A DNA stretch of 59,746 nucleotides, the filler included, from Jimgerdemannia flammicorona (taxonomy: Eukaryota), in the NCBI GenBank assembly GCA_003990765.1. It is 3 parts of 3 records of this genome, joined end to end, with 100 filler letters (N's around TTAATTAATTAA, not from the genome) between each part and the next. Parts side by side here need not be neighbours in the genome. Positions count along the whole stretch, not along the records: positions 1 to 19,853 come from RBNJ01001831.1; positions 19,954 to 39,805 come from RBNJ01001832.1; 1 more part is not named here. One strand, 5' to 3'. The translations under genes and the position numbers were made by a program. The stretch's first letter is position 1; the number at the start of each line of letters is the position of its first letter. Shown piece after piece: positions 12,750-26,746 of the stretch. The notes beneath the pieces are model-generated. The model searched no databases and was not told the DNA's origin. It was given only the letters and a program-made list of their open reading frames with translations.

Positions 12750-15700
12750 TTTATTTTTTTATTTTTTTTTTTTATAGTCTCTTGTACTGCCCTTTATTAC
12801 TGACATCTATAGTATTAACAATACAATATCACCCCCACCCTCAACCAATGCCCTGGGGAGCCAACCCCTCCCCCTCAACCTCCCCCTACCTGAGTACTAC
12901 CCAATTACCAACTACCCGAATCCTCTCACCACTCTTCCGGGAGATATACTATACCAGACCCCTGCGGTTCCCCCCACCTATACCCCAGCCTCACCACCAG
13001 CTATTCAAAATGTCCAATAGCAACCATTCCCAATAGGCTACCTTGTCACTAACCCCGATCTGACACCCATCTTCAAAGACATGAACCCAGTGTCCAGCCA
13101 ACCCAATCCACATAGCCAAAGCCCAACCAAGGGTCAGCCATTTGTCCCTGACCCCACCCACCAGTCATCTGTGAAGCTCTCCCCATCTCCCCCCTCTCTC
13201 TCCCTCCAAGACACCCAGCCCCACTCAGTCCATAATATATCTCCAGAACTCCCCCAAAACCTCACATTCACCAAGCCAATGTTCAGGCATTTGGACCACT
13301 CCTCCCTCCTGACCAACATTAAAACAATCCTCGCACTCGAATACTCCACCATCCACCAAGTATTCTGATCAATAGTTCAGCATCACGTTCTGCCATAGGA
13401 CCTGCCACTACACCAACCAGAACTTGGGGGGCAGCCACTGCCTCACCCATTTGCTCCATATCCAGAGGCCATTCCAATCCCACTCCTCACCAATTCCAAC
13501 CCTCTGCCAGGCTTCTGGCCACAGGTCTCCACCTAGGCCTTGCAGATACTCCAGACCCTTGCCAAGCTGAAAGCTCTCCACCAGAATATCACCCAGTAGA
13601 AGCCTGTCCCATCACTACATCTACAGGCCCCAAACCTCCTCAGCTTCATCACCTTGCCACCAAAGTCCGATTCTCTTAGCACCATCCACCACTCCCTACC
13701 AGAAGCCTGTAAACCGCATCCTCTTACTCCCCTCCATGGCCACCATCGCAAGCAGGTCACCAGAGCCATCACATGGGGAGTACCGAACCTCCCACAATTG
13801 CTGCATGAGTGGCACCCACTCCCAACCCCTAAGCTTGCTCACCCTTCACAGCCACCAGGCTCTCAGACAAAGAAGCCACTTAGTAAAGTCCACTAAGCCC
13901 AGCCCACCTCTCTCCAAGGGCAATGTGAGCACCTTCCAACCAACCTGGCTTCGCCACCCTCTCCAAATCCATGACCTCACCATCTTCAATAGCCCCTTAA
14001 CCACCCAGGTTGGGAAATCCAAATGATATCCAATGTACTACAACTTTGGCATCCAGTACACATTCAGCACCATCACTCTTCCAGCTAGGGACATATGCCG
14101 GCCTCCCCAATGCAGCAAAACATTACTCCACTTCAGAAGTTTACAGTTCCACCATGCCCAGGGAAGAAGAGATCCAAACACTAAGAAGTAGATCTCTAAG
14201 TAACACACTGGTTCACCAGCCGGCACCACTGTTCCAATGACATTGCCACCAACAATTCCAGTACTCAGCACCAGTGTCTCACACTTGTGCCAGTTGAGCT
14301 TAGCACCAGAACCCCTCTCATACCATTCCACTGTCCTCTGTAGCTCTCCCACATCCACCAAGGAGCCCAGCCTGACCACCATATCATCAGCAAATGCCCC
14401 CACCTTCCAGTTAACCCCTAAAATGTCCAAACCTCCAATCTGATGCCGAATTCTGTCCAGCAGTGGCTCCAGGGAAGGGCATACAATATGGGTGACAAGG
14501 GATCCCCTTGTGGTACCCCATGTCCCAGGGGAAAGGTCACCCCCCTGTGGCCATTGATGACCAATGCCACCTGACTATCCTTCAAGAGGCTGATCAACGA
14601 CCCTTGGAACCCTGGGGGGATACCAATCCATTTCAGCACACCCTCCAGCCATATTCTCCACACTCTATCATAAGCCTTCTCTTGGTCCAGAAACACCAAT
14701 CTGTCATCCACCCCTGTCACCTGGGCACCTTCAATCACTCTATGAACCCAGGCTGTCCCATCTCGAATCAACTGACCACTTACAAACCCATGCTGTTCCA
14801 CACCAAGCACCTGCTGAGTGATTCCTTGCAGCCTCATCACCAAGATTTTTGTCACCAGCTTGCGGTCCATGTCGAGAAGCATAATTGGCCACCAGTTCTT
14901 CTAGTCCTCTCACCTCCCCTTATTCTTATAAAGCAAAGAGACTAGCCCCAAGTGCTGTCCCCCAATCCAAAAACCAGACTGAAGAACTCCATTGCACATA
15001 GTGGTCATTTCCTCTAGCACCTCACCCACCCCAGTCATCTTCTGCCAAAAATCCCAGAGAAGTCCATCCTCCCTCAGAGCTGTTCTCTTACTAGTTGAGG
15101 CCACAACCCTGCAAATTTTCTCGCCACTCACTGGGTCCCCCAACACCCCAAGTGCCATCACAGAGTTCAGGTGCCAATCCCCCAGCTGCCTTTCAACTTC
15201 CAGAGCATCCAATCCTCCTTCCTCCTCACTCCAAAGATTCCCCCACTGGGTTCGCAATAGGCCCAGAATCACCAGAGTCCCCACAATCAGCTCGCCATCC
15301 TCGTCCAGAACTCCCCCCCACCACTGCCTCATATGCCGGGCTTGTAACAACTGTAACAAGAACCTAGTAGGCCTCTCCCCCTCCTCAAGCCCCTGCCACC
15401 GCAGTCAGGCCACCATTCCCTGCAACTGCTCCTCCTCCTCTCTTTGTAGCACCCCTTTAAGCTCCACTACCTCCTGCCAGATCCTTACAATATGCCAATC
15501 CATCCTGTCCCCATCCTCCAGCACACCTGCCCATCTCTCCATGAGTGCTGCCAGATGCCATGAGGCCCACTATACCTGCTGCCTTTGCTGGGCACCCTTT
15601 CCTTTCCCAGCTTCCCTACAAAACCTCTGAGTATTCGCCTTCAGTCTTCTCCACTGGTCCCCAATCTTCAGTCCTTATTTCTGCCACCTGCCAATATTAC

Positions 15701-18533
15701 CAACCACCTCCATTTTCCAACCCTCCCACAACACCCTATCCTCCAACAAGGAAGAATTCAGCTGCCAATGTCCAGGCCCATTCTCATTTCCCCCAAACCT
15801 CTCCCCTCTAAGCAGCCCCCAGTGATCAGACCATGGACACCATACAACCTCCAGCCCCAACTAGACATCTGCTCCCCAACACTCTGCTGTTAGAACCCAG
15901 TCAATCCTAGAGCCCAGCCCAGCTGCCCATTGGGTGTACACCTGCCAATCAGCCCAAAAGTATCTTCCTAAGTCCACTATAGAACTCAACCTCTCCATCT
16001 CCAACCAATCTCCCAACCCACTACTCTCACCCCACATGCCTCTCCCTCTATCCGTTCTGTCCATCTTCTTATCCTATACTATGTTGAAGTCACCCCCCAA
16101 ACAGTCTAGCCCAACCTCTCCCAAGACACCAGCCTCTTTCAATTGGCAAATCCAATCCACCCTCTCCCCTCTCTCGGCTGGGCAGTAACAAGACCCAACC
16201 ATCAGTGGGCCCCATCCAGGCCTCTTCCACACTCCCCACACCACCCGAGACCCCCAATGTCCAATGTTCTCAATGTCCTCCATTCCCTTCCAAACAAGAA
16301 TACCCACTTTCTCCCTCAAAACCACTGCACCCCCATTGCTTTGTCCAATCCTGTAAGTCCACATCCACCTCATAATGAATATCCTGCAACAAAAAGAGGT
16401 CTGCATCTAGTCCCTTAAGCTAACCAAATATATACTTTCTCCTAGCCACCCCCCATAACCCATTAACATTCAATGAGAATATCTTAGTTGTACTGTTCAT
16501 ATTGAAGAAATGTTATAACAGAGACCCCAACCTATAATTCTATACTCATCTCATCTTCTGCCAGATCCAAGCACTATTCAGCTTCCAAGTCACCCTCTGC
16601 AATATCCCAAGCATCCAGTGCCCCCAAGATTTCCTAATATTCCACCCTGTCCACTTCCTCTATATCCACCTAGTAGTCCAAGCAGACTGCGTGCCACTTC
16701 TCCAGTCCCTTCCTTGAGTTCTACAAGAAAAGTGACCTGTCACTTGCAATCTTCCTAAGTTTCTCCTCCCACTGATCATCAACTTGATATTCAACTGACT
16801 CCAGGAGGACATCCAGGATCTCATTCCTCATCTTCCTCAGCACCTTCTCCCACCGAAGAATCTCCTCCCAGTGCCTCTCCTCCATCACCTGGAAGTCCTC
16901 ATCCCCAAGCTCTTCCACTGCTACCCCTTCCAGGGTCTTCTACATCCACTTCTCCTCATCCACTGCCTCCACTGCACCCTGAGCGATTTGACTCCCATCC
17001 ACCTCAGGGTCCACCAGCATGCTCCTTCTCCTGGACTCATCCCACTCTTCATCCAGCACATCCATCAGCTCCTCCTCCCCCTCCACTTCATCCAGAACAC
17101 CATACTGAGGGTGCACACTCTCACCCATTTCGGCATCCACCTCCAAATTGCCCTCCCACTCCTCCCCCACTCCAACCTGAGCCCCACCCTGGGCCATCAC
17201 TCCCCCCTCAGCCCAGGTGCTCTCCTGCAACCCTGTAACTCCCTCCCCCAAGCTTCCACTGGCCCTACCCCCACTCAAATTCACCAACAGCTCCTTCTGG
17301 ATCCTCCTCCCCTGCATCTTCTCCCAGACCCCCTTCTCCATCCAGACCCTCTTCCCATCCACCTCCCCCACCACTGTCCTGGCCTCCAACTCCTTCCAAG
17401 CCAATCTCCTCCTTGCAACTACCTCTTCCAGATCCTCCAGAGCCTCCAACAGGTCCTCCTCCTCCTCCTGGGTCCCCTTCACCCTTGTGACCTTATACTC
17501 CACTGGTCTCCACCTCAATGTCACTGGCCAGTCCCTTGACTTCCCCATATTCTCCTTCCCAGCCAGCCTCACCCTGACATCAACATCATCAGTTCAAAGC
17601 TCTGTTCCCTCCCAGACCTTGAACCCCACATCGACAATCTCGCCATACTCCTTGATTGCTGCCACAACCAACTCCCTGGTCCTCTCCCTCGACATGGTAG
17701 GGAGATCCAACACTGTCAACTGTACCACTTGGGGGTCCCAGCACATGCACTGGGCCATAGAGACCACAACCCCACCAACTATCACCCCCTTCTCCATGGC
17801 TGCCAACAAGGTATCTTCCTCCTCAAACCCAACCTCAACCCCTTCCTTTCCCCTCAAAAACTTCACCAATGCTGCTCCCTTAGCCTCCTGTGCCACCAGC
17901 TCCAAAATCATCCTCACCATCACCACCAAGCCTCAGAAGCACAAGGTGACTGCAAATTCTGACCTCGACTTCTTAAGTAACAGGGCCGACACCATGCCTG
18001 TCACCCTATCTGCCAGGTCCTCGGGCCTCATGCCCATGCCCAGTTCTAAATTGCCAACCACCATCACATCTGGATTTTTTTGCCATATCCCCAGTCACAG
18101 CCCCATCAACAGTCACATCTCCAGCCCCTACTCCCACTCCTCCCCTGCCACCTGAGACTCCCCTGGGTACACCTCCCTGTCCCCCTGCAGTAGCTGTCGA
18201 CGCTGCCCCCAGGCCCAGCCAACCATCAAGGCCTGAGGTCATCTTGCCCATTCTGACCTTGTCAGCAAAGGTTGACCTCTCTCCTCCTCTCTGCCTCAGC
18301 CCACCCCTCCCTCCACCACCAGGACCTCGGCTAGCCATTAAGGCCCCTGGCATCCCCAAACCATCTCCCCTCCTCCCCACCTGCTGCCAGCCAAAGGCAC
18401 TGTCACCCCCCTGGCCAGTATGCTCACCAGTTCAATCAATACCATCCATGTTGCTAGTTGCTAAACACTGAAAACATAGTAAAAGTGTCGTCTGAGTCTT
18501 GTATTACCTGAATGTTACTGGTGAAAGGAGTCC
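12750..18533 (-). mobile_element. LINE family 1 copy C: full length, poly(A) and 13-bp TSD, inactivated
   Basis: T-tract at about 12750-12773; TSD TAACTCCTTTTAT at 12737-12749 and 18534-18546. ORF1 ATG 18449, ORF2 ATG 16500. EN, RT (GAFADD) and C-terminal zinc-finger region present, with many stops. Confidence 0.95.
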
Positions 18534-18800
18534 TAACTCCTTTTATATATAGATAGGTTACTGCTTCTACAAAAAACAGATCTCTATTATTTCTATTATT
18601 TTTATTATTACTGTTAGTATCCATAATATTTATCTGTCATTATCTATATTACTCACTTTGATCATTCTTTTCCTTTTTCTTATAGTTGCAGTTTTGCTCA
18701 TAATGTCTATACTTATTATAGTAGAAGCATTTAATATCAAATTATATATATTACTGATCTTAGTTTCATTCTTTACTCTGTTTGTCTTTATCTTATCTAC

Positions 18801-19853
18801 ACATACAGAGGTTGTGGGAGATTCAGTATTCCCCTTGTAGTGACTCTGGTGATCTGCTTGCGATGGTGGCCATGGAGGGGAGCAGGAGGATGCAGTTTAC
18901 TGACTTCTGGTGGGGGGTGGTGGATGGCACTAAGAAAATTGGACTTCGATGGCAAGGTGATGAAGCTGAGAAGAATTGGGGACTGCAGATATGGTGGTGG
19001 GACAGACTTCTACTGGGTGGTGTTCTGGTGGAGGATTTTCAGCTTGGTGAGGGTTTGGTGTATCTGCAGGGCATGGGTGGAGACCTGTGGCCCAAAGCCT
19101 GGCAGCAGGTTGGAATTGGTGAGGAGTGGGATTGGAATAGACTCTGGCTTTGGAGTAAATGGGTGAGGCAGTGGCTGCCCCCCAAGTTCTGGGCGGTGTG
19201 GTGGCAAGTCCTATGGTGGAATGTGATATTGAACTTTCGGTCTAGGCACTTAGTAGATGGTGGAGTATTCAAGTGTGAGGAATGTTTCCACATTGGTCAA
19301 GAGGGAGGAGTGGTACAAATGCCTGAACATTGGCTTAGTGAGTGCAAGGTATTGGAGGATTTTTGGAGATGTATCATGGACCAGTTAGGGCTGTGGGCCT
19401 TGGAGGAAGGGGAAGGGGGGAGATGGGGAGAGCTCCACCGGAGACTGGTGGGTGGGGTTGGGGATGAATGGCTGATCCTTGGTTGGGCTCTGGCCATGTG
19501 GGTTGGGTTGGCTGGGCATTAGGTTCATGTATTTGAGGAGGGATGGTGGGTTGGGGTTGGGGACAAGGTGGCACATTAGGAATGGTTGTTATTGGACATT
19601 TTGAATGGCTGGTGACAAGGGTGGGGGCTGGGTGGGAGGGATCGCAGGGGTTTGGTACAGTGTATCTCCTGGAAGAGTAGTGGGAGGGTTTGGGTAGTGG
19701 GTAATTGAGTTGTGCTCAGGCAGGGAGAGGTCAAAGGGAGAGGGTTGGGTCCATGGGGCATTGGTTAAGAGTTTGGGTGACATTGTATTGTTAGAATTAT
19801 AGATGGCAGTAATAAAGAGCAGTCCAAGGGACTATAAAAAAAAAAAAAAAAAA
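18801..19853 (+). mobile_element. LINE family 1 copy D: 5'-truncated 3' end
   Basis: CEECFHIG...PEHWLSEC zinc-finger-like region, AATAAA, then poly(A) up to the gap. Confidence 0.92.
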
Positions 19854-19953
19854 NNNNNNNNNNNNNNNNNNNNNNNNNNNNNNNNNNNNNNNNNNNNTTA
19901 ATTAATTAANNNNNNNNNNNNNNNNNNNNNNNNNNNNNNNNNNNNNNNNNNNN
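19854..19953. other. Artificial contig-joining spacer
   Basis: 100-nt N block containing TTAATTAATTAA (stops in six frames); identical to 39806-39905. Confidence 0.95.
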
Positions 19954-20299
19954 AAAAAAAAAAAAAAAAAAAAATGAATCTTGCTATAGTATTTATAGTA
20001 TAGTATATAAAGTGACTATCTATAGGAGTGTGGGCTTTCTCAGCTTTGGCAATTCTCAGCAAGCTAAATAAGCAATGTTACTAAATTAGCAGTCTTATCT
20101 TACCTCTCTTCTTCACCTATACTTTATGTTTGATAGATTCAAATTTTTATTAACTACAGAAATATTTACTATCCAGAAATATTTATCTAGAAAGATATAT
20201 TCAAAAAAAATTACATTCATATATCTAGAAAAAATTACATTCATATATTTAGAAAAAATTGCATTCATATATCCAGAAATATATATCTATTAATATCTG

Positions 20300-22100
20300 A
20301 CAACTGATACATTTTGGCCCATTCTACTAATCTGACTTTTCATCTTCATCTATTGAGATATCCAGATCTATAATAACTTCTGATTTCTTAGTACTCTGCA
20401 CCTCAAACAAAACTATCACATAGAAGTCCTGAAGATTCAACCAGCTAGCTTCAATATGCTTCTTGATCTGTTTTGTATAGTTTCAGTATATTTTGTTATC
20501 ACTCACAGAAAGAAAGTTCTCTGCAGATATGATAAAGCTAATGCAAACAAACATTTATCTGATAAGTTCAAAAATATATAAAGATAAATAACTAAAGATA
20601 ACAAAACTGGATATACTAGAGTACAAACAAATACAATCTGAGAAATTGTAAACTTATCTACAAGAATCTCATTCCACTCAGCATAATTCTCTAGAAAGAG
20701 CATATGGAGAGCATTTTGAATATATGGCCCAGTGAATGGATTTTTTGGTTTCTGGATGAATACTGAATTACTCTAGTTATTCTTCATAATGTTTTTATTA
20801 ACATCATAGTTGAAAATGAGTAGTTTTCAGATAAAGTAGTCATTGATCTAGAGATCAGCTAAAGCTTTTGAACATGATTTTTTAATCTCAGAATCACTAA
20901 TAGAACCAGTAGAGTCAAACTTATAGTCAAAAAAAATACATACCAAGTAACTCTGGATATATTCTTTAGACTTTCTACAGATCTGAGAATGTTTATAATC
21001 AAACTTAAATTTAAAAGAGAATTTTAATAATTGAAATATTTAGATAAGATCAGTCTGACTCAGATACTTACTTTAGAAATAAGATCTTTATCATCACTAG
21101 CATGAAAATATTTTTAGATTACTGAATCAACTATTTGTACTTATTTCTCATATGAAGAAAAGACATTAATAAAGAGGGTGAAATACTGGATCTCTAGAAT
21201 AAAATGTTTGAGCTGCTTGAGATTCATTCTATGTTTCTGATAAATATTACAGCAGATCTCAGTATCTGTTTTCCTAGGTTTCTTCTTATATGGAGAGATA
21301 CTGTGGAAATTTGTACTAAATATTAAGATATCATTATTATATTATTTTGGCTTAGAGATACTGAAACAACTGAAAATTACAATATATCTAAAATTTTATT
21401 TGAATGCACTGACATAAAGAGGACCAGTATCTGAGTCTTTATTCTCACTGAATTGTTTTTCTATATTGCTATCGTCATCCTGAAATTCTAAATCTTATAC
21501 TATATCATTTTGAATAGTAGGTTAGATGTCTTCATCACTATCAATAATTTGGTGAGAACGTCTGGTAGCCCTCCAGAGGTTAAGCTACAGCTTCTTGTAA
21601 CTCTCAATGGTTTGGTAAGAAGATCCAGCAGTCTGGTGATTAGATTTTGGCTCATTTGTTTGCTGTTCTTCATCACTCTCAATGGTCTAGTAATAAGATC
21701 CAGTATCAAAGTTATCTCTATAGCTTTCAACAATCTGATGAGAAGATTTAGTAATCTTTGATCTTATAACCTTTAGACTTGTAACCTTTGGCTTAATAAC
21801 CTTTGGCCTGGTAACCTTTCATCTAGTAACTAGACTGATCTTTAACTGAGTGATCTTTGGACTATTGATCTTTAGGCTATTGACATTTGGGCTATTGACC
21901 TTTGGACTGTTGATATTTAGGTAGTTGCACTTTAGTTCAATGGTGTCACCATCTCTATTAATAGGACACTTGATATTTCTTTATTTATGAGTAATTTTAT
22001 GTGATCCCTGATGAGCAGTTTCATGTAATTTCTAAACCTTATTCAAAATTTCTTGATTGTCCAATTTTGGGTCTTTCCTTATGTTCTTATATTAGCTCAT
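20300..22100 (-). pseudogene. Decayed intron-containing gene divergent from the Plavaka transposase, possibly DUF6532-like
   Basis: Low-complexity N-terminus with 15-bp repeats, then KKKPRK and KNPFTGPYIQNALHMLF...FTISQIVFVCTL. Many TAA/TAG stops. Family assignment is from recalled motif similarity only. Confidence 0.45.
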
Positions 22101-22174
22101 TTTGTCTTAACAGTTTTCAGTATATGGAGTATAATGAGTGGTGCAGTGTACAGAGTAGTATATAGTATTCAGTA

Positions 22175-23860
22175 TGGAGATCTTAGCAAAAGTGTGAAGG
22201 AGATTTTGGTAAAGAGATGCAGGGGATCTCAGGGGATCTTGGTGATAAGTCAAAGAAAATCTAGACAGATCTCAGTATGGTAAGAAAATCTAGATGATAA
22301 AGAGAATATTGGCAAAGGTGTGAATGGGATATCTTAGTGAAGGTATGAATGAAATCTTGGCAAAAGATCTTAGTGAAGGGATACAGGGAATCTTAGTGAA
22401 GGCTCATACAGTAGTACTCTGTATAGTGTACAGCATGTGTTCTGTGTGATATAAAGTATGTGATATTCAATATATGCTCTGTATATTGTGCAGCATATAG
22501 TATATAAGGAGCTGTTTATATTTAATATATGGCAAAAATATAGAGTACAGTAAAGAGGTGAAGTGTGGTGAGCAACAAAAAGGTAGTAGAATATATAGTT
22601 TAGAAAAATTGTGATTGTATTAAATCACATATGATCACATATAATATCAATATCTTAATAATTATAAAGAAATATAATAAGCTCTATCACTCTTTATAGA
22701 CAAGGATAACAGCTGCACAAGTTCTATCATCTTATTATAGGAAATCATAAAGAATATAGCTTCACTCCTTATTCAAGATCCTCTGCATTCCTTCACTGAG
22801 ATCTCCTTTATATCTTTTCCAAGATCACCTACACTTCTTTACCAAGATCCCATTCATGTCTTCACCAAGATCCCCTGCACTCCTTTACTGAGAGCCTTTA
22901 CCAAGATTCTTCACTAAGACCCCATTTATACTTTTGCTAAGATCTCCTATAAGATCTCATTTATATCTTTACTGATATTTTCTTTATCATTTAGATTTTA
23001 TACTGAGATCTATTTAGATTTTCTTTGGCTTTATATCAAGATCTCCTGCACTTCTTCACTAAGAACCTTTGCTAAGATCCTTCACTGAGATCCCATTCAT
23101 ACCTTTGTCAACATTCTGTTTGCTATCTAGATTTCCTTTAGCTTATTACCAAGATCCCCTGTACCTCTCTTATATCTCTTTTACTAAGATTTCTTGTACT
23201 TTTGCACTAAGAGCCTTCACTAAGGAGATCTCATTCACACCTTCACTGATATTCTCTTTGCCATCTAGATTTCATACCAAGATCTCCTACACTCTATTGC
23301 TGAGAGCTTTCACTAAGATCCCCTGTATCTCTTTGCTAAGAATCTTTACTAAGATCCCCTATATCTCTTTGCTGAGAGCCTTTACTAAGATCCTTTACCA
23401 AGATCCCATTTATACCTTTGCTGATATTCTCTTTGCCATCTAGATTTTATACTAAGATCTCTCTAGATTTCCTTCAGCTTATTACCAAATTCCCTATACC
23501 TCTCCTATATCTCTTTTACCAAGATTCCCTGTATCCCTTCACTAAGAGCCTTTGCCAAGATCCTTTACCAAGATCCCATTCATACCTTCACTGACATTCT
23601 CTTTGTCATCTAGATTTTATACTAAGATCTGTCTAGATTTCCTTCAGCTTATTGAGATCTCCTATATCTATTTACTAAGATCTCTTTCATACCTTGGCCA
23701 AGATTCTCTGCATCCCTTCACTGAGATCTTCTGCACCCCTGCATCTTTATCAAGATCCCTTATATCCTTTGCCAACCTCTTCATACCTTCACCAAGATCC
23801 CCTGTACTTCTTTATCAAGATCTTCTTTATGCTTTTGCCATTATTGCTAAGATCTAAGAT
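22175..23860. repeat. Two oppositely oriented arrays of short degenerate repeats (core C[AT]AAGATC)
   Basis: 22175-22410 reads GATCTT(A/G)GTGAAGG; 22770-23860 reads its reverse complement CCTTCAC(T/C)AAGATC dozens of times. Confidence 0.85.
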
Positions 23861-25097
23861 AGGTAAGAAATCAATATCAATTCAACAACTATGTCTCATT
23901 CCAAGTCTGTGTACAGACTCAAATGTCTAATCTGCCACAGTGTATTCAAGTAAGCCTTAGAGCTGAGCCAGTACAATAATAGCCATTATTATTATATCTC
24001 CAAACATTCAAGCTCTCTTCCAATTGATGGTAAAAATCTTAACAGTTCTATCTCTACTTCTACTACTGTAATTAGAGTACCTCCAGATATTATAGACCTC
24101 TTATTATTATTGTCTAATATATCAAAACAAACAACAGAGACTTATGATTAGATATCTATAAGTGAAGATTTATGTAATATTATGTCCAGCAGTTCACAAT
24201 CTGAATATGATTCTGATGATAATGTGAGCTCTGAGATAGAATCAGTAGATATTGATCAAGACTTTGCTGCAAGTCTCTCAGATCTGATAACACATAGTGA
24301 GGTTCTACTACATCATCAGGCTGACTATATATATCAAATGGAAGGTTCTGCAGCTCTAGTTTTCGAAATTCAGAAGAATCTGCATGAATAAAATAGACAT
24401 CCATATCATCCTTAGTTGAATAAAGATGAGCTCTGGCTTATCAACTTTTTGTTTTCAAAGTCTAAAATATCAATAAAATCTATTGACTATTTGCTGAATA
24501 GATTTTGACACCAGAGAATATCAATGTCTGCTGGTCTATCTTTTAATACATATAAGCAGATGTTAGAGTGCATTGATCAGGTACCATTTCTTCAGGTATA
24601 GTAATTAATATTTACTAAAGGGTAATTATTTATCTATATAGAATATTATTTAATTAATATTTATCTATTTTAGACATTCTCTCATATAGTTATTACTATA
24701 AAGCATAATGCTGAGTCTTGGAGTGGAGACTATATTCTATGGTATTGAGATCCTTTAGATGTTATCCAGAGCCTGTTCAGTAATACTATATTCAAAGAAC
24801 AAATGGTTAATGCTCCTGAGAAACATTTCTCTCAAGATGGACGTCGATTATACTCAGAAATTCGCTGGTCAGATTGGTGGTGGCACATACAGGTATTATA
24901 TATATAAGAGTCAAGTATTAATATATATATATATATATAATTTTATTAGGACACCTTACCAGATGGAGCAACTCTTATCCCAATTCTTTTTGGCATTGAT
25001 GAGACACACCTCACTCATTTTGGAAGAATTTCATGCTATCCACTATATCTGAGTATCAAAGGTTGCATGGCGTACATATGGAGATCATGCATATGCA

Positions 25098-25185
25098 TAG
25101 TGCTCCGAATGAGTTGATCCGGATAGGATTCAATCCGAATCAATCCGAATCCAATCCGGATTAAATTGACTCGTTAGGAGCACTA
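25098..25185. mobile_element. 88-bp hAT-type MITE
   Basis: 17-bp TIRs TAGTGCTCCGAATGAGT / ACTCGTTAGGAGCACTA (2 mismatches); 8-bp TSD CATATGCA at 25090-25097 and 25186-25193. Removing it restores GDHAYALVAYFP. Confidence 0.9.
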
Positions 25186-25400
25186 CATATGCACTTGTAG
25201 CCTATTTTCCTATTCTGGAGGGCTCAGGACGAGATATGGATAAACTATCATTTACAGAGGCTAAAAGAGTTCTGTATCATCACTGTATGCAAAAGATCTT
25301 AAAGCATTTGGATGATGCAACACAAAGGTAATTATTATCAATATATATATCTATTTTTATATATAAATAATTAATATTTAATTATTAATTACATATATAT

Positions 25401-26746
25401 TGTAATGTGCCTGACTCAATGGAGGCAAATTACAAGGTTGGGGGTTGATGTAGTTTGGCTTGAGCCCCTAGTTACTTTGTCAAAAAGAAACAAAATGTTC
25501 TAAGATTCCTAAGTTCCTTAGTGTTTAGTGGTATAATAATCAAAGCTAGATATCTGCAGTCGATTTTCTTATTGGGACAGGTTCTTGGGTGTAGCGGCGA
25601 TTTGTATAATTTACTTCCAAAAGTATGCGATTTCTGGTGTGACGATCTTGGCGTGACGATCTTCAAAAGTATGCAGATAACTCGATTTGGCGCGGATTCT
25701 TCCGAATCGGCGTGCTTCTTGAATAATGGCGGATAACTCGGATAACTCGGATGATGCGGATTCTTCTTGAATCGGCTCTTCTGGGAATAGTGGATAGTGC
25801 AGATTCTTCTGAATCGGGCTCACTGGGAATGGATAAATAACTCGGATGGCGTGGATAACTCAGATAGCTCGGATGTTGCAGATTCTTCCTGAATCGGCGA
25901 GCTTCTGGGAAATGTGACTCAGATGGCGTGGGTAACTCAGATTCTTGGCAAGTTACGTCAAAGACTGGCTTCATTTGCGCGGGGTTACGTCGGAAGGACT
26001 GGCTCCACTGCGAAGTTGCGTCAGATAGACTGGCTTGTGGCAAGAATAGCGGGTTCTCTGGGAATGGCGGATTCTTCTCTTGGCAAAGTTGCGTCAAGAC
26101 TGGCTTTGTTTACGTGGAGTTACGTCGAATGGACTGGCTCTACTGCGAAGTTGCGTCAACAGACTGGCTTTGTGGAAAAAGGCAGATTTCTGAAATAACT
26201 CGGATTCTCTTGAAAACGGCGGCGAAGTTCTTCCTTGAACTTGGTAGATTTCTCGGATTCTTCAAGCTTATCTGGCAAGCGAACCAAAAACGTAACAAAC
26301 TTTCTTTGTATCAAAAAATGGACCGGAGTGGGGAAAAGGGGACCAATGCTCAATCTTTAGAGGCTTCTTTGGTTTGTACTTCAACTTTTCAGACTGAGGT
26401 TTTATTCACTCTTGTCTCTAGGGTATTTTATACAAGTTGGTTACTACCTAGTTGCTACATGGCTAATTATAGAAGGCTACTTATGGCAGGTGTTTCTGGT
26501 TCTGTACAAGTGTTCAAGTCCTGTACAAGTGTTCAGGTCCTGTACAGATACCTTTTCTGGTATGTCTGGCTAATTATATAAGTTGTCATGACAAAGCAGT
26601 CCTAGCTGTCCAGACATGTTTGACTGTCTTTTTGTGCGCCCAGACATGTTTGACTGTCTTTTTGTGTGTTTGACTGTTTTTTGTATGCCCAGTATGATAT
26701 ACAGTTATAATGTTTTTTGGTAGTACGATTTCTGCTGCTTGTCACA
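25401..26746 (-). mobile_element. Solo LTR (young, CpG-retaining copy) in Plavaka intron 3
   Basis: TGTAA...TCACA termini; ATAT on both flanks; homologous to the 6340 LTR; internal 9-bp and 30-bp tandem repeats. Confidence 0.88.

Noticed and set aside
19854..19953. TTAATTAATTAA as a biological motif, or linkage across the gaps
   Set aside because: Artificial spacer; adjacency across it, including hammerhead region to LINE E at 39806-39905, is not evidence.
22770..23860. CRISPR-like array or membrane-protein ORFs
   Set aside because: Repeats are degenerate with no unique spacers, the context is eukaryotic, and the ORFs are repeat translations.
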